This document shows, piece by piece, positions 61,697 to 64,000 of a stretch of DNA of 64,000 nt. The DNA lies in assembly GCA_041441455.1 (NCBI GenBank), contig JASDTB010000056.1:2767-66766 (forward strand). The letters run 5' to 3'. The position numbers and the translations under genes were made by a program. The stretch comes from Bacteroidales bacterium. GTDB taxonomy: Bacteria; Bacteroidota; Bacteroidia; Bacteroidales; UBA932. The notes under the pieces are model-generated. The model saw only the letters and a list, made by a program, of their open reading frames with translations, did no database searches and was not told the origin of the DNA. How positions within the stretch are numbered: position 1 is the stretch's first letter; the number at the start of each line of letters is the position of its first letter.

Positions 61697-63919
61697 ATGA
61701 AAAAGATAAGATCAATACTATATTGTGCAGTCATACTATTTCTGACACCAAATTTCACTATTGCAAAAGAGATTATACCTGCATCAAAAGGGGTATACGC
61801 CTCATCATTTGCAATTATTGTCGACACAAAGACACTATCTCAGGTAAGAGATGAGCTAATAGCATACAAAAACTGTCTAAACGAAGAGGGCTTGGGAGCT
61901 TTCATAATTGCAGACGATTGGGCTACGCCAGAGCAAGTAAAGAGCGAAATTGTCGCTAATTACAAGAAGAGGCCAATTCTCGAAGGTGTCGTTTTTGTTG
62001 GAGACATTCCTGTAGTCAGAGTCCATAACGCACAACACATGACCTCTGCATTTAAGATGGATGAAGTAAAATTTCCAAAAGAGGAGTCAGCTGTACCAAC
62101 AGATCGCTTTTATGACGACCTCGACTTGAAATTTAACTTTGTAGAGAGAGACAACACAAATCCGCTACATTTCTATTACAGACTAAGTGAAGACTCTCCT
62201 CAAAACCTCCAGTCAGATATATATTCCGCAAGAATGACTCCTCCGTCAGATTACGGAGTTGACAGGAGTGAGTTACTTAAAAGGTACCTTACGAAAGTTG
62301 TAATTGCGCACAAAGAGCAAAATGCTTTTGATAAATTGATTGTTTTCAATGGTCATGGATATAATTCAGACTGTTTGACCGCCTGGAATAACGAGCAGTT
62401 TGTAATGAAAGAGCATTTCCCATTGGCATTTAAATCTTCCGAAGGCAATGGCTTCTATAATTTTCGCCAAGATCCATTTATGAAGTTTAAGCTCTACGAT
62501 AAGATTCAAGAACCAAAGACCGATCTTTTTATCTTTCACGAACATGGAGCATTCGATACTCAATACATCACAGGCGAATATCCATCGGCATCTTCAACAG
62601 ATGATGTTAGCTATTTCGAAGCAATAAACGATCCTACGAAGAAGATAGGCCATCTTGCTTATTTATCATCTACTATCAGAAACCAATATCGCAAGTACAA
62701 AGGTGAAAAGGCAGAAAATTTCAAAAAGACAGCAATCGAAAAGTATAAATTAACACAAGATTTTTTTGATCAAAAGAGACTAGATTCTACAAAGTTGTCT
62801 GATTCCAAAATCGTAAATGAAGTAAATATCTATCTTGATGATTTGAAGGATAAGAATATGCAGTCTCGAGTAACAATTTTTGACGCATGTTACAATGGTT
62901 CATTTCATCGTCCAGGATACATTGCTGGTTACCACGTATTTGGAAATGGAAATACTGTTGTTGCTCAGGGAAATACTGTAAATGTACTGCAAGATAAATG
63001 GACAATAGAGCTAATTGGAATTTTAAATGAGGGTGCAAGAGTTGGCTTTTGGCAGAAAGAGACTCAGTTTCTAGAGAGCCATCTTATTGGTGATCCTACT
63101 TTTAAATTTACATCTGCAAACTCCAAGAAGTTAAACTACGATTTGGCTCTCTCCGCAAATTCAAAGGGTATTTGGGAAGGCTATCTAAAATCGAATAACC
63201 CAAATCTCAAAGCAATTGCTCTTAAGATGATTGGCAAAATAGATGGAAGCACAAGCTCAGCATCGATGCTAAATATTTACAAGACATCGGAATTCTATGG
63301 TGTAAGAATGGAGGCTCTCAAGAGGTTAATTGATATTAAAGATGCAAATATGGTAGCAGCATTGAATTTAGCAATTAACGATCCTTATGAACTGATCAGA
63401 CGAAATGCCGCAAGATATGCTGGATACAGCGGAGACGAATCCTTAGTGAAGGGTTTGGTTTCAACAGTTTTGTTTTCGGATGAGTCGCAAAGAGTACAGT
63501 ACGCTGCAGCGAGTTCTCTTAAGATGTTTCCAAGTGAAGTTGTAATTGGTGAACTCAAAAAACAGGGGGCAGACACAACTCTCATTAATAACTTTATCTC
63601 CGATTATAACGATCAGCAAAGCTCTTTAGAGGCGATGAACGATAAAAAGGGAAAAGTAGATGGACGACTATCGATAATCAGAAGTTATCGCAATTATAAC
63701 GTCCATGCTCATGCACAACACCTTCTTGCAATCGTTACCGACCAAAGCGACAACATCGAACTTAGAATTGCTGCCGCCGAAGCCCTAGGTTGGTTCGACA
63801 GAAGTATTAAACGTACCGAAATCGTCACCAAACTAAAGCAGCTACAGTCCAACCCTTCGCAAGACAAACGCCTTCTATCCGAAATCCAACAAACAATCAC
63901 AAGATTATTAAATAAATAA
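61697..63919 (+). CDS. Secreted gingipain (C25)-like domain + HEAT-repeat protein, paralog C
   Basis: Signal peptide. Motifs FVGDIPVV, VPTDRFYDDLDL, NGHGYNSDC, FHEHG, FDACYNGSF (Cys codon 62888-62890), LIGDPTF. C-terminal HEAT-like repeats (LRIAAAEALGW). Confidence 0.6.
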   Translation: MKKIRSILYCAVILFLTPNFTIAKEIIPASKGVYASSFAIIVDTKTLSQVRDELIAYKNCLNEEGLGAFIIADDWATPEQVKSEIVANYKKRPILEGVVFVGDIPVVRVHNAQHMTSAFKMDEVKFPKEESAVPTDRFYDDLDLKFNFVERDNTNPLHFYYRLSEDSPQNLQSDIYSARMTPPSDYGVDRSELLKRYLTKVVIAHKEQNAFDKLIVFNGHGYNSDCLTAWNNEQFVMKEHFPLAFKSSEGNGFYNFRQDPFMKFKLYDKIQEPKTDLFIFHEHGAFDTQYITGEYPSASSTDDVSYFEAINDPTKKIGHLAYLSSTIRNQYRKYKGEKAENFKKTAIEKYKLTQDFFDQKRLDSTKLSDSKIVNEVNIYLDDLKDKNMQSRVTIFDACYNGSFHRPGYIAGYHVFGNGNTVVAQGNTVNVLQDKWTIELIGILNEGARVGFWQKETQFLESHLIGDPTFKFTSANSKKLNYDLALSANSKGIWEGYLKSNNPNLKAIALKMIGKIDGSTSSASMLNIYKTSEFYGVRMEALKRLIDIKDANMVAALNLAINDPYELIRRNAARYAGYSGDESLVKGLVSTVLFSDESQRVQYAAASSLKMFPSEVVIGELKKQGADTTLINNFISDYNDQQSSLEAMNDKKGKVDGRLSIIRSYRNYNVHAHAQHLLAIVTDQSDNIELRIAAAEALGWFDRSIKRTEIVTKLKQLQSNPSQDKRLLSEIQQTITRLLNK

Positions 63920-64000
63920 TTATAACTTTGATAATGTTTGAGATAGAATAAATATTGTCTGAATATTATTATGAATAGAATACTTAAATTATTTACTGCG

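Noticed and set aside
51657-63919. I looked for a T9SS C-terminal sorting domain on the C25-like proteins, as found in gingipains.
   Set aside because: All three proteins end in helical HEAT-like repeats (..LLRTINRLNN, ..KTANRLQTYMR, ..QQTITRLLNK) with no beta-sandwich CTD-like sequence.
63971-64000. An ATG-initiated reading frame (MNRILKLFTA) begins at the right edge of the window.
   Set aside because: Only 10 codons are visible, which is too short to call a gene or a function.
1-64000. I scanned for CRISPR arrays, rRNA/tRNA genes and tandem repeats.
   Set aside because: I noticed no regularly spaced direct repeats, no cloverleaf-like GC-rich intergenic segments and no rRNA-like sequence. 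The intergenic regions are short and AT-rich.

Overview
Low-GC chromosomal segment that looks Bacteroidota-like: it has lipoproteins with Cys lipoboxes, TonB-dependent receptors with CarboxypepD_reg-type N-termini, S46 and M16 peptidases, and many ATGA/TAATG-coupled genes. I saw no rRNA, tRNA, CRISPR array, transposase or integrase. Layout: (i) 0-17 kb holds a transglycosylase fragment, a composite arsenic/organoarsenical resistance cluster with two ArsR regulators and palindromic operators (2.2-7.1 kb), PAP2, DCC, pdxH, an orphan histidine kinase, GH20+GH16, an outer-membrane barrel, and MarR plus a P-type ATPase. (ii) 17.9-39.6 kb is a peptidase-dense locus. Two divergent 935-aa M16 peptidases sit there, one coupled to an unusual NapH-like 4Fe-4S membrane protein and the other leading an operon of TonB-dependent receptor, DUF4876-like lipoprotein and a second outer-membrane barrel. 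Two S46 dipeptidyl-peptidases and a secreted TldD/PmbA-like pair follow. (iii) 39.6-51.5 kb is mixed: MFS, porin-like ORF, M3 Dcp, SSB, cysS, Tat-DUF362, and a Cys/His-rich small protein. (iv) 51.6-63.9 kb holds a second, diverged copy of the receptor/lipoprotein/barrel triad, bracketed by three paralogous secreted proteins. Each of these combines a gingipain (C25)-like domain carrying a conserved FDAC Cys with C-terminal HEAT repeats. The best candidate for an undescribed system is this duplicated non-Sus TonB-receptor triad, which appears twice with different protease sets: M16/S46/TldD in one copy and C25-like-HEAT in the other. All functional calls come from motif recognition by eye; no database search was run.
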